From Lama guanicoe (lineage: Eukaryota): 64,000 nt of DNA. The notes beneath the pieces are model-generated. The model had not been told where the DNA came from. It ran no database searches and saw only the letters and a program-made list of their open reading frames with translations. The position numbers and the translations under genes were made by a program. The stretch is taken from contig MU054323.1 of assembly GCA_013239625.1 (NCBI GenBank), positions 16,310,029 through 16,374,028 on the forward strand, read 5' to 3'. Shown in pieces: positions 24,480-35,406 of the stretch (positions within the stretch are counted from its first letter, which is position 1; every line of letters starts with the position of its first letter).

Positions 24480-25260
24480 AACCTGGCCATGTGGAGGTGT
24501 CCCCTGTGTGGCAGGCTAAAAATCCAGGCTCAGACGCTCGAGTATGGGAGACAGCAGCGCGCTGTGAGGAGGCGGAGGGGGAGCAAAGATGGCGGCGACC
24601 TAGTTCCCCAAGGGCAGGACTGTCTACAGCCTCTGTTGTGGCGCCAGCGCTGTGCCTGCCCCTCACTGAAGCTCCAGGACAAGCAAATGGGCCTCCTTCT
24701 CAGAGAGATGGAGATGTGTTTCCATTGCTGTTCGTGCTGAGCCCTAGAGGAGGTGCGGTGGGAGCGGCGCTGCGGAGAACTGTCTACTCGGGTCGTTCCA
24801 GTCCCGGGGGAGCGAGGACTCCGCGCCTTCCGGCCACCGGAAGCGGAGTTCAAGGGGCGCCTCCTGGGCGGCGGCCGCAAACAGGGCGTCAGGAGGTGTA
24901 AAAACCCGGCCAGCAGACTCGTGTAAGGGCTCCGTTCTGGGAGATACCAGCACATTGTGTGCGGTAGAGGGGAGAAAAGCGCACCCTGTGAGAAAAAAAA
25001 GAAAACAGAAACGTAAAAGAGAGAAAGAAAAAAAGAAAACAAAAACGGCGCCTGCAGGCTTGAGCACCCCAGCAGGAGAGCAGGAAGATGGCGCCCACCA
25101 GCTTCGCCCCCAGAGAGTGTGCCTGCCACTGAGGCCCTTCACACCATCGCTTTCAAATTAGCAAGTGCGTTTCTTTCACAGAAAGTCCGGCACTTTTCAA
25201 AGGTCTGCGCCTGTGGCCATGGAGCGGGTGAGTCTGCAGGCTAGCCCTGTTCAGAGCCCT
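24480..25260. promoter_or_regulatory. CpG island with YY1 and ETS/GABP motifs (candidate promoter)
   Basis: About 43 CpG in 780 bp by manual count (19 in 24721-24900) against a strongly depleted background; AAGATGGCGGC 24586-24596; CTTCCGG-CCA-CCGGAAG 24827-24843; NotI site 24871-24878. Confidence 0.6.
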
Positions 25261-27009
25261 TTCTCAGTTGCTCTCAGCCTCCTGGGTCTGGGGGGTGTGA
25301 GCCCCGCTAGTCTTCAAAGCCAGGAGCTTTGGGGGCCAGTCGCTGAGTTGCAGGTCTTCAGAGTTGGGGTGCCCGGTATTGGGTGTGAACCCTTCAGTCT
25401 TCAGCAAGAAACTCCAGGTTTAGAGTTCCTCCCCCAATGATCGATCCACATTTCATATCATATTTCAAATTATATCCAATGTTAATTAGTTAAATGTTAT
25501 TAATAAAACTATAATGAAACCTAGATTCAAATAGAAGAATATTTAAAATCTAAGTATGAGGAAGGTTTTTGAGTTAAAAACGATAGAAGAAATAACAGGG
25601 AAAGAAAAATTTTGATTATGTAAAAATGTAAAACATTGAGAAATAATGTACAATTGAAAGGAAACTGTTAAAAAAATAATTGGCAATATGTATGACAAAG
25701 AAATGCTTAATTTCTTAACAAACAGATCTTGTTCAAATTCATAAGAAAAATTACAAAACTAATGGGACAGAAGGCATGAACACTATTCACGAAAGAAAAA
25801 TCAAGTGGCAAACATGGAAAAATTTTCAGTTTTATTAAGGAATGTGAATTAAAATGAGGTGTAATTTCACCTTCTAAATTACCAAAGATTTAATTGTTTT
25901 GCAGACTAATCATACTGATGAGAGAGCAGAGGAAAGCAATTTAGGAATATGTGTCAAGAGCTTTAAAATGTTAATATTCTTTGGCCCTGTCGTTCTATTT
26001 CCAGAATCTATCTTGAGAAAAGAATACAACGCAGAACAAAAATTTTTCATTTTTGCAGAATATTGAAAATCATGAAAGATTTTTTAAGAACAAGAAATAG
26101 GGCAATAGTTAAGTAAATTATGGCATCTCCATATTAAGAAATATTTTGATGCCATTAAGATTGTATTTATGAGCAGTGGTTAATAATATGGGGAAATGCT
26201 TATATTATAATGCTAGGGAAAAAGATAAAAGTATGTGATTCCTTACAAATATGCTTTACAAAAAAGATTAGGGGAAGGGTCACCAAAATATTAACAAAAA
26301 ATGCCATTGATGCCAACTGTAATATTGCTATATTTTGGATGATGTCGGATAAACCCAGCCAAATTCTTGTTCTTTGGCTCTGTTTTTTCTTGATGCCAGG
26401 TGGCTTACCACCCTTCTGTTAACTCATAATTTCCTGAATCAGATGTTAATAAATTTAATTTGATTACGGCTTTCTTTCCATTAGTGATATCAGCAGGAAA
26501 TCTTGATTATGCTTAAGACATTTTGGCCTCTTAATCAGGTTTGGGAATCTTTTTAGGTTTTTGAGAAACTCAGTGGCAAACAGATTCAGATGAAGCTCTT
26601 CTGTAGATGATTGCCATCACTTATTTTTAAGTTGATTGTACTAGCTTTTGTTTTAGAGACTATTACCCTATCCACAAATTCTGGGGCTGTATTTATTTGG
26701 AGCCTATAGCCAGTTACTTGTGCTGACCACACCATCTACTATCTTTTGTCCCCCTACTCACCCACATAATCTCGATTTTTTTTTTCTTTTGTTGGCTACA
26801 GTGTCACGTTGGGCTACTTGAAGGCCTGCATGTTTGGGAGGAAATTTTCAAGCAGTCTGACCCAATTCAGAAATCTTGGTCTTTTAATCAGGAATGCAGG
26901 TGGATAAATCTTGCTGTTCAGTAAGGCATACTGCTGAACTCATCACTTTTCTTTGTTGAGCCAGTCCTGTTTGTCAGAGACATAGACAGCAATCATCGAT
27001 GCACAAGAT

Positions 27010-27450
27010 TTGCTGCCCCTTTTTCCTGATCCTAACAAGAACGAGGTTAGTTTGCCATGTCTTTTCCTCAGTAAACTCATGCTGACTTCTGGCAATTACT
27101 GTGTCCTTTCCAAGTGCTTATAAACTTCTGTTTACTAATCACTCCTAACATTTTGCCAGGGATATATGCAGAACTTCCTCATTTTTGAAAATTAGGAAAT
27201 CTGCTTCTGTCAAGTTTCATTCTTCCTACCTTGCTTTTCATGATTTCTCAAAGTTTACCACAGTCATACATGCATGCTATTTTAATCTGCTGAAATATAG
27301 TTAATTTGGGTTAGAGACCTAAATTCATTTAGCATTAGGTGCTTTCTTTAAAACTTACCTTACTTGTATGTCTTTGATTCCCTACTGATGATAGATGTTA
27401 GTTCTGTCCTTTTCAGATAGAAAAGATAAAGCCACACTGGAATGAAGTAA
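27010..27450 (-). mobile_element. L3/CR1 RT-region fragment
   Basis: GAGGTTAGTTTGCCATG...AAACTCATGCTG...AAGTGCTTATAAAC...TTTTTGAAAATTAGGA matches antisense CR1 ORF2. Confidence 0.75.
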
Positions 27451-27589
27451 TTATTTTTTTGTGTAATCTGTAAACCATTTTCTCCAGCAGATTCAAGACC
27501 TATTGTGTCCTTACTCCAAACATACTTAGTTGACTTAAACATTTTTTTATAAATCTCAGCTACTTAGTGCTTCTTGGGGATTTGTGGCG

Positions 27590-27750
27590 GCCTTTTGCTG
27601 TGTCGTTAGGCAAATTATTTAACCTTGGTTTCTTCCTTTGTAAAAAGGGAATCATAATATGATTTATATCATTGAGTTATTATGCCGATTGAACGAGTAT
27701 TTGTGAAGGCCCTAAAGAGGTAGCACTACCTACATATTAAATAAATTTTC
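27590..27750 (+). mobile_element. MIR SINE
   Basis: GGCAAATTATTTAACCT...TGTAAAAAGGGAATCATAATA. Confidence 0.7.
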
Positions 27751-29376
27751 TTAAAAAAAAAATCCATGCTCTCTGGAGAACCTCTCCCTCCATTTTTTAT
27801 ATGCCATCCATTTTGTTCCATCATTGGGATTATTGTAGTTGAATGATCAGAATTTATTTCTTCATCAATGAATGCCATAGAGTAGCCTCATCTGTTTATA
27901 AAGCACACAAAATGTACTTGATTATTTGGTGTATTATTCATTAGTAAGCTCCTTGAGTTGCCTAATCAATTTGATTGTAACTTATTAATCTTTTCATAGT
28001 ATTTATGAATAATAACTTTTGAAAATGCTTTTATGACCTCTGTGTTCTGGGTTTTGACACATTTTCTTTTTCTTTTTTTTAAACAAAGAACTGATACCAT
28101 ATTTCATTCTTACAGAGAATAGTATTAATTTAGTACAAGGCTTTTTTTCCCCCACTGATTTATGTTTGCATGGTGACAAAATGATTTAAATCTCACATAC
28201 CAAGTTATTGTATATGATTTATAACCCTTATCTACAAAGTGATTAGCAGATTTATGTGCTAGAAAGTTCTGATAATTTTTACGATTATTTAACATAAATC
28301 AATTACTTCAACTTTTACGTGGAGCATATTTCTTTTTCAACTTTGACAACCTATATATTTGGGTAAATTTCTCCATCCCAAACATCCATGGCTTCTATCT
28401 TGATTTTCCCACTCTGATTAAATAACTTATTTAATAATCAATTTTGGTCCCTTTTTTTTAATCAGATTAGGAAAAGAAGCTAAAATGTATTATTTTTAAC
28501 ACATATATCTATGATACAACCAACACATGTCTAAATGAATAAATATATATCTTGACTCTTTTTCCTTTGGAGGATATGTAAAACTCAAAGTTTGTTGAAG
28601 TTTCTAAGGTTTTTTACCCTCCACTTTTGAGCAGTAGTAGAGAAGCTCTTCAGAAATAAGAGAATGTACAGAATTTTTAGTGATTTAGAAATGTACAGTT
28701 TCCTGAAATCTTTCGGGCAGGATTTGTCTAAGTGAAGAGCAGACTACCTCTTATGTACTTAGGAAATGAATCACTCAGCTCTGTGAAAGTAGGTGAGGTA
28801 TTTCCAGCTCCCAGTCAGGATGACAACGTGGGGCAAAGTGTGCCTATTCTTTGCTGGTATTTCTAATCCACCCAAATGAGCAGCAAAGGGAGAGTTAGCA
28901 GCCCTTCATGCTTAATGCTTACTGCACGCTCATTACCTCTTTGGAGAATTTATATAAAAGTGACCCAGAGGACATTTAAAGGTCTCTTTTCTTGCTCTAA
29001 CCTGCTTTGCTGGCCTTACATACTGAGACTTCTGTACAAGGGCCTGACATCCTGCCTAAATTGAAATATTTGCTACTTCCTGAGTCTCTCCCATGCCTTC
29101 CGCTATCTATAGCTTAAGCATAGCTAATTAGCACACTGGATGTCAAAAAATTTTGTTTTGTTAATTGGTGAAGCGAGTTACTTGTTAATTAGCACGATAA
29201 ATGCTGGAAGAGGGAGCTCGTTTGTGAAATTAAAAGTATTCAATATATGTAGGTTTGCTAAATAAAGACCACCCTTACATGAATAGAGTTTCAGAATCTG
29301 GAACAGTTTGTGCCCTGTCCCCTTTGAGATGGTGCCAGAGGCTTCGTCCTTAATTGCTTCTGTGTCCAGCTTAGAA

Positions 29377-29574
29377 CAGGGTTTCTCAGCCTCAGCACTA
29401 CTGATATTTTGGGCTGGATAATTCCTTATTTCATGGGCTGTCATGTCCATTGTAGGATATTTAACAACATCCCTGGCCTTTGCATACTAGATGTCAGTAG
29501 TGCACTCCCCTCTTTGTGACAGGGAAAACTGATGTCCCCTAGGGGGCAAAATCACCCCAGTTGAAAACCACTTG
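29377..29574 (-). mobile_element. MER20 hAT-Charlie element, near full length
   Basis: CAGGGTTTCTCAGCCTCAGCACTACTGATATTTTGGGCTGGATAATTC...GGGGGCAAAATCACCCCAGTTGAAAACCACT. Confidence 0.92.
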
Positions 29575-29604
29575 GTTAGGTAGATTTCTGATCTGATGGT
29601 ATGA

Positions 29605-29722
29605 TTCTTTTTTTTTTAAATTTAAGTATAGTTGAGTTGCAATATTTCATTAGTTTCAGGTGTACAACATAGTGACTTGATATTTTTATAGCATACACAC
29701 TGTACCGGATTATTACCATATC
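29605..29722 (-). mobile_element. L1 3' end fragment
   Basis: Poly(T) then AAGTATAGTTGA...TTAGTTTCAGGTGTACAACATAGTGA. Confidence 0.8.
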
Positions 29723-29867
29723 ATTGCCATGATTATTGATGAACTGTGCTGCATCATTCTGATTAGAAGAAATAGACCCCTGCCTAAGGTATGTGCCATG
29801 CCTGAGAGAATGTGTCACACGGAGATGGGAGCCTAAAGGATGCTGTGACTTCCCTGAGTTACAGAGT

Positions 29868-30195
29868 AACAATGTAGGAGGGTTCCCTTTTCTCCACACC
29901 CTTTCCAGAGTTTATCATTTGTGGACTTTTTAATGATGGTCATTCTGACTGGTGTGAGATGATACCTCGTTGTAATTTTGATTTGCATTTCTCTGATAAT
30001 TAGTGATATTGAACAGTTTTTCATGTGCCTATTGGACATTTGTACATCTTCATTGGAGAAATGCTTGGTTAGATTTTCTACTTTTTTTTTGATTGGATTG
30101 TTTGTTTTTTGTTATTGAGTTATATGAGCTGTTTGTGTCTTCTGAAAGTTAGGCACTTGTCAGTCACGTCGTTTGCAAGTATATTCTCCCAGTCC
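29868..30195 (-). mobile_element. L1 ORF2 C-terminal fragment
   Basis: ORF 29833..30039(-) [31 protein letters not shown]...[12 protein letters not shown] is ORF2p. Confidence 0.92.
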
Positions 30196-30445
30196 ATCCA
30201 CCATTCCCTATTGATGGAAATTTAGGTTATTTGCAATTGTTATTTTTATAAGCAAATGTACAGCGAGCATAGTTATCTCCATCTCCTTGTGAACATGTGC
30301 AAAATTTTCTCTGGGGTGTAATAGCTTGAAGTGAAACTTTTGGATCACGTTTTCAAAGTTACTATCTCTGGCCACATTGCTTTCTAAATTTGAGTGTGCA
30401 AGTTCATCTTGAATAGGAGGGGTGTGTGTTTCCCACATCTCACCT
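30195..30445 (-). mobile_element. Old L1ME-type fragment
   Basis: CCTATTGATGGAAATTTAGGTT...GAACATGTGCAAAATTTTCTCTGGGGT. Confidence 0.65.
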
Positions 30446-30989
30446 TTCCCTGTTGGGTGATGTGATAGCCTCCATGTGACCCACCTGGGTCTGCTGTTGT
30501 AAATCAGGTCTCCCATTAGTGATTTGTGATTCTCCTGCAGCTTCTAATTGTGAGCCAGTGGGCATCCTAGATCAGTGCACTGTGGTCTGACTGTCCATGC
30601 TTCCTCCTGCCACCCAGACATCAGCTGGGGGAGTTCAGAGCAAGAGTTGCAGCTCTATTTTGCTCTCTTTTCACCACCAGGGAGCCCTTCTCACCTCCCA
30701 TTTCACACAGTGACCCTGGCTCCTTTCCCTTTCCACAGTCCCATTACCCTGCCTGACTTGAATTCCTGGCAGCCTCTCCGATATCCTGTTGGGAAGCCAA
30801 GTAAGTCTGAGTCTTTTCACCTCTGTGTACCTCTGTTCCTTTTCTGGACCACAGGAATGTTTATCCTGTTTTTGAGCACAGCTATGTCTTTTTAGTGCAT
30901 TAAAAATATTTATTAATACTATATGAGTTTTTTTTTTGTTGGGGAGAGATTTGGTAGCTTACTGAGTTATTTTGGCCAGAAGTTTAACA

Positions 30990-32400
30990 TGAACATTTTT
31001 AAGATTTTGGAGTCTGTCTTTCTAGACTTTTATCCGTACATTTATGCACACACATGCACACATCACACAGACACATGAGTGTGTGCATATATATGTATCC
31101 ATGTACATATCTGTCTTAAGATAAATGGAATCATGTTATACATACTGTTATACAATTTATTGTAATAATATATCATAAAAATACATTCATTTGACGCATC
31201 TTCCTTTTTTCCTTCTTTCATTTCTTACATAGTATTCCTTGATATTCGTGTAATGTAATTTATTTAGTCATTGCTCTATCAGTTGACATTTAGGCTGTTT
31301 CTAATATTTCACAGTTAATAACTATGCTATAATGAGCATACATTTTTATATATTTTTTTCTCTGAACATGTGTAAATATTTTTGCAGTGTAGATTTTCCA
31401 AAGTGAAAGTTCTGATACAAAGGCCAGACTCTACTAAATTGTCCTTCAGGAGGGCTGCACCAAGCAGGTCTTGTTTCCCCAAACCCTAGACCAATCCGAT
31501 CTGGATTTTATCACAAGGAGACATTCATATGATGTGATATTTGTACCACGCCCTGGTGTAAAGAGAAGGTGCACCTGCATTGAGATGCAACTGGCAGGGG
31601 GCTCTGTGGGTCTCAGGCAACTCCTTGTCACCCTAAGAGCGAAGAGAGAACTGTATTAGCACCTTCAACACATTCTAGCACAACTGTGGGTGAGAAGCTC
31701 TGGCCTAGACTACATCATGATATCAACCTTTTTGTCCACTTGATGAGTAAAAATGTATCATTATTATTTTAGTTTACATTCCCCTTCATTACTGGTGAGA
31801 TTGAAATTCTTTTCATGTCTTTTCTGGCCATTTGTATTTCTCCCTTCATGAATACCTATTTGTCTATTTCTTCTTCTTACTTACTGATTTGTTAGAACTC
31901 TTTTTCATATTATGTATATAATTTTTTATCTAAGATATAGATATAGGTAGATAGGCTGATGCCTCTTTTTTTAACTTGCACATGGTATATTTTTCCATAA
32001 AGAAATTTTGAATTTTTGAATCACCAAATATTTCAATCTTTTGTCTTTTGGTTTTGTTCGGGGATTTAGATAATTTTCTTTATCAGGAAATCACTTAAAA
32101 TAATTATCATTCTATTAATACTGTAATAGTATTAGAGCTCCATATGAAATTTATTTTTGGGTCCAATTTGACAGAGAAATCTAAGTTAACTTCTTTTGAA
32201 ATGGCCATCCCAAGGTCATTATCTTCTGATTTGAACTATACCTTTATTATTCTAACTCCTCATAATATAAACATTTGTTTTGGACTTCCTATTCTCTTCC
32301 ACAACCCACCACCTATTCCCTTAACAAGCCACTAGTTTTATAATATATTTTGACATTTTGTGGACACTAAGGCTGTTTTTCTTCCCTTACATACTATAGT
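30990..32400 (-). mobile_element. Old L1ME-type element, interrupted by a DNA transposon
   Basis: AAATGGAATCATG...GACATTTAGGCTGTTTC...GGCCATTTGTATTTC. Confidence 0.75.
31492..31702 (-). mobile_element. Non-autonomous hAT-Charlie element with 8-bp TSD
   Basis: CCCTAGAC (31484-31491) and GCCTAGAC (31703-31710); right terminus TGAGAAGCTCTG; left terminus decayed. Confidence 0.65.
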
Positions 32401-32832
32401 TTCCCTTTAACATTATGGTCAAGCTTAGCTGCAGGAAATAAAGGTGGGGCACTTGTCCACTTGTTGGGATGAAATGGACAGGAGAGGTTTGGCGCAGTGT
32501 GACAAAGCTGAGAATGTGATTGGTGAAGACACTAGAGCACTACAATCTGGAATGAGAACTAATAATCAAGGGCCAGGATGTGTAAGCTCTTCCTGGGGTT
32601 CTTGTCCTGGAACATGTGCCCACTGATACGGTGGAACTGGGGACAAAATGTTAAAAAAAATAAAAAGAATTCTTTCCCAACACCAGCAGCTAGGGGCCCA
32701 AGGAGTATTTAGGTTATGATTTAGTTGACTTAGACAGTTTGAGGAAGGAATATGAGTATTGGTTTTGCTTTATAATCTTCTCCTGACACCTGGAAAAGTC
32801 AAGAATGCTTCAGCATCAAAGATTGCAGAATG

Positions 32833-32938
32833 ATATAGATAGCAATACTATATTGTATGCTTAAAAATCTTGTAAGAAGATAGGTCTCATGCTAAGTGTT
32901 CTTACCATAATAGCAAAAAAAAAAAAAAGGAAAAGAAA
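32833..32938 (+). mobile_element. About 105-bp L1MA/MB-type 3' end with poly(A) and 17-18-bp TSD
   Basis: ATCAAA(G)ATTGCAGAATG at 32815-32832 and 32939-32955; body TATTGTATGCTTAAAAAT...AAGTGTTCTTACCA. Confidence 0.85.
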
Positions 32939-33896
32939 ATCAAAATTGCAGAATGGGTGTCACTTCTTGGAGGAAAATTTCAGGAAAAGGAGTGAAATGC
33001 TCAAAAGAAATGCGGCACTGCCAATACTCTTGAAGGTATGAGGAACAAAAATGGGTGGAAAAATACAAACTTTGATGACTTGCATTTGAAAAATGAATTA
33101 TAAGAGTTTGACTTTGAATGTGAATGCATAGGGTTCTCTATTTAAGTATCATTTTCCTTTTTATGTATGTATAAAACTGACATATGATAAAACTCTAAGT
33201 AAGTCAAGAGGAGCTTTGATATGAAAGTGTTGAGACTGTCAAAAATATTATCCAGAACTTGGAAATAGACAAAAGAGATGACTAGATGTTCTTTCAGTAC
33301 AGTGCTGGGTTTGATTTTCTATTTACTTGGCTATTTTACAACTATGTAGGGGCAGAGGTTAGTTTGTAGATTTGTGTCCAGTAGAAATGCAAATAACTTT
33401 TGTCCAGCAGAACAGATAAGCCTAATGATTATGGATATAGTCTTGTCTAACATTAACTAGTTGTTGTTGTTTTTTTAAAATCTAACCCAGCAACCTATTA
33501 AATCACCTCTGTATATCTAGCTTCTCAAATTCTCTTTGGAGTGGTTTTAACATCTTACTGGTTTTCTCAATGATTAATGAGTTAACTAAAAATTTTGACA
33601 TGCTTTTTAAAAAAAATTTGCATGAGAGTATAGTTCTTTAAACTTTTGAAAACTATTCTTTACCAAGTCATAGGTTACTTGGCAGAATTTCTTTAGTGGT
33701 ATGTAAAATAATGGCATTCATGATTGATGACTCATGACTGATGGCATGTTTGATCTGATGAATTATGGAATTGCTACAGCATCAACTTGTGTCTCATCAG
33801 TGAGCCAGTTAAAAGAAATTAGCGAGACCAAATCACAAGTGTTGTGGGAGTGCCCATCTCAAAATATTTTGATGAAATTTTAACCTGGACACACTT

Positions 33897-35406
33897 TGCA
33901 GTGGGCATTTGTCCTTATTTTGCCTGCCCAGCATCTGAAACCTGAGTCCTACGTTTGGGGAATATCCTATCTCTGATATCTTATGGAACATTGAACTGCT
34001 TTCCCATTATAGCAGCTAAATATGGCACTTACTTATTCCCTTGTCTCCTTTGAAGCTGGGACTCAGATGTGTGACATACTGCTCTATACTTTAAAATGCA
34101 AACTAGTGCCTCAAGGAAGGACCTGCTTGAATCCTTTCTGTTGATGGCCCTGGCTGTTGTATGGTGAAGTCCTCATAGTGGCCGTGGCTGAGGCAGGAGC
34201 ACTGATGGTGGTCCCTGGGGCAAGCACTTAAGGTCGGACAGTGGTGGCAGCATCAGTTTTGTGGCCTGATTTGATGGCCTGAATCCTCTGAGGTTTTGTT
34301 GCCCGTGAGTCATCCTTTCTAGCTATCTTGGAAATTCTGTGACCCATTTAATACCCCTTTAACAACTTCTCAATCTTCTTTAGTCAATGAGAGTCAGTTT
34401 CTGTTGCTTGGAACAGTGAACACTGACTGGAACAGACATTGGTAAAAGAACTGTCTGTAGGCAGCAGTGCTTCTGAGAATAAATTTGGTTTTCTACCTGC
34501 CCATGTGTGTTGGATGACCCAAACTAATTGTATTTGAGATGACAGAAAATATATTACTTAATGTAAATGAAAAGAACCCAAAGACTAAGGAGATTAAAAT
34601 GTTGCAGAGGATTTATTATGGAAACCTGTGCTGCCACCCCTTGCCAGCTGTGGCTCCCGAGGAAGCCTGCAAGACATCCCCTTTACCAAAATGCTGAGGG
34701 CACTCCCAGCACCTCTAAAAAGAAGGGCCAATGAAAAACCTCTAGAACTCCCCTGTGCAAAAATTGTAAATCAAAGATAGCTGTTGTGGCCTGGCTGGAG
34801 CTAAAGGCAGTGAAAAGACACTAATGTCCTAGAATTTTCTCTTGATTTTCTGACCTTTCCTTCTTAGTCCTCTTGATGATTGCTCTCTGGAGGCTGTTGA
34901 TGCAGATGAAGGACTCTGCATTTGAAATGGCTCCTTGGTTTCAGTGGGGATGTCAGGTTCCCCAAGATTCTGGTCCTGGGCCAACTGATGGATCCTGGGG
35001 ACCTAGAATGCCATTGTAGCCTCCTGGTTAAGGGGTAGAGGTTTATTTGTCATGTAATAAACAGAACTTTTAGTCAGGTCCACCCCCTAGTAGGCCAGAG
35101 AGGAGGGCAGGGCAGGATCCAGTTCTTTAGGGCATAATTGGAACAGATGTAGTTAGCATCTAGCAGAATTCCCCCATCAGCTCCCTGACCTATGGTAAGA
35201 GCAGCTATAGGGCCAATGAAAAACCTAGAACTCCTCTGTGCAAAAATTGTAAATCAAAAAAGAGGGTTATTGCACCTGTGGGGAAATTTTATAAGTTTAC
35301 TTGGTTTTTCAGCCTTCCTGCCAATTCTTAAGCTGCTCGCTATCCTTAAAAAAATTTTTATGCTTAAATCAGCCGGAGTCAGTTCCATTTGAAGTGCTCT
35401 GATATA
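33897..35406 (+). mobile_element. Internally deleted ERVL-class provirus: 5' LTR (33897-34434), gag/pro relics, 3' LTR remnant (about 35295-35406)
   Basis: Both LTR ends share the GAGTCAGTT...CTGA..(A)CA/TA terminal block; protease relics DSG (34966-34974), PGDLECHC and IIGTDVVSI*QNSPISSLT. Confidence 0.72.

Larger units (their letters stand above)
23705..25440 (-). mobile_element. L1/HAL1-type 5' UTR and start of ORF1 region with degenerate monomers, interrupted by an LTR
   Basis: 23707-23797 is homologous to 21479-21568 of the ORF1 element; GC-rich monomer blocks (GCCACCAGA/GCCACCGGA, AAGATGGCG, GTGAGCCCC...TTCAAAGCCAG...GAACCCTTC). Confidence 0.7.
22600..26340 (+). mobile_element. Ancient L1ME-type ORF2 3' region and 3' UTR in pieces (about 22600-22767, 23423-23520, 25440-26340), split by younger elements
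   Basis: Collinear decayed L1 ORF2 sequence resumes on each side of the inserts (TTAGATCCCTACTTC; AAATTTTGATTATGTAAAAAT; TGGCAATATGTATGACA). Confidence 0.65.

Noticed and set aside
24440..25142. Long overlapping ORFs (153, 199 and 132 aa) in the GC-rich region
   Set aside because: They overlap on both strands, have low-complexity composition, mostly use non-ATG starts and lie inside a repeat; high GC suppresses stop codons; no recognisable domain
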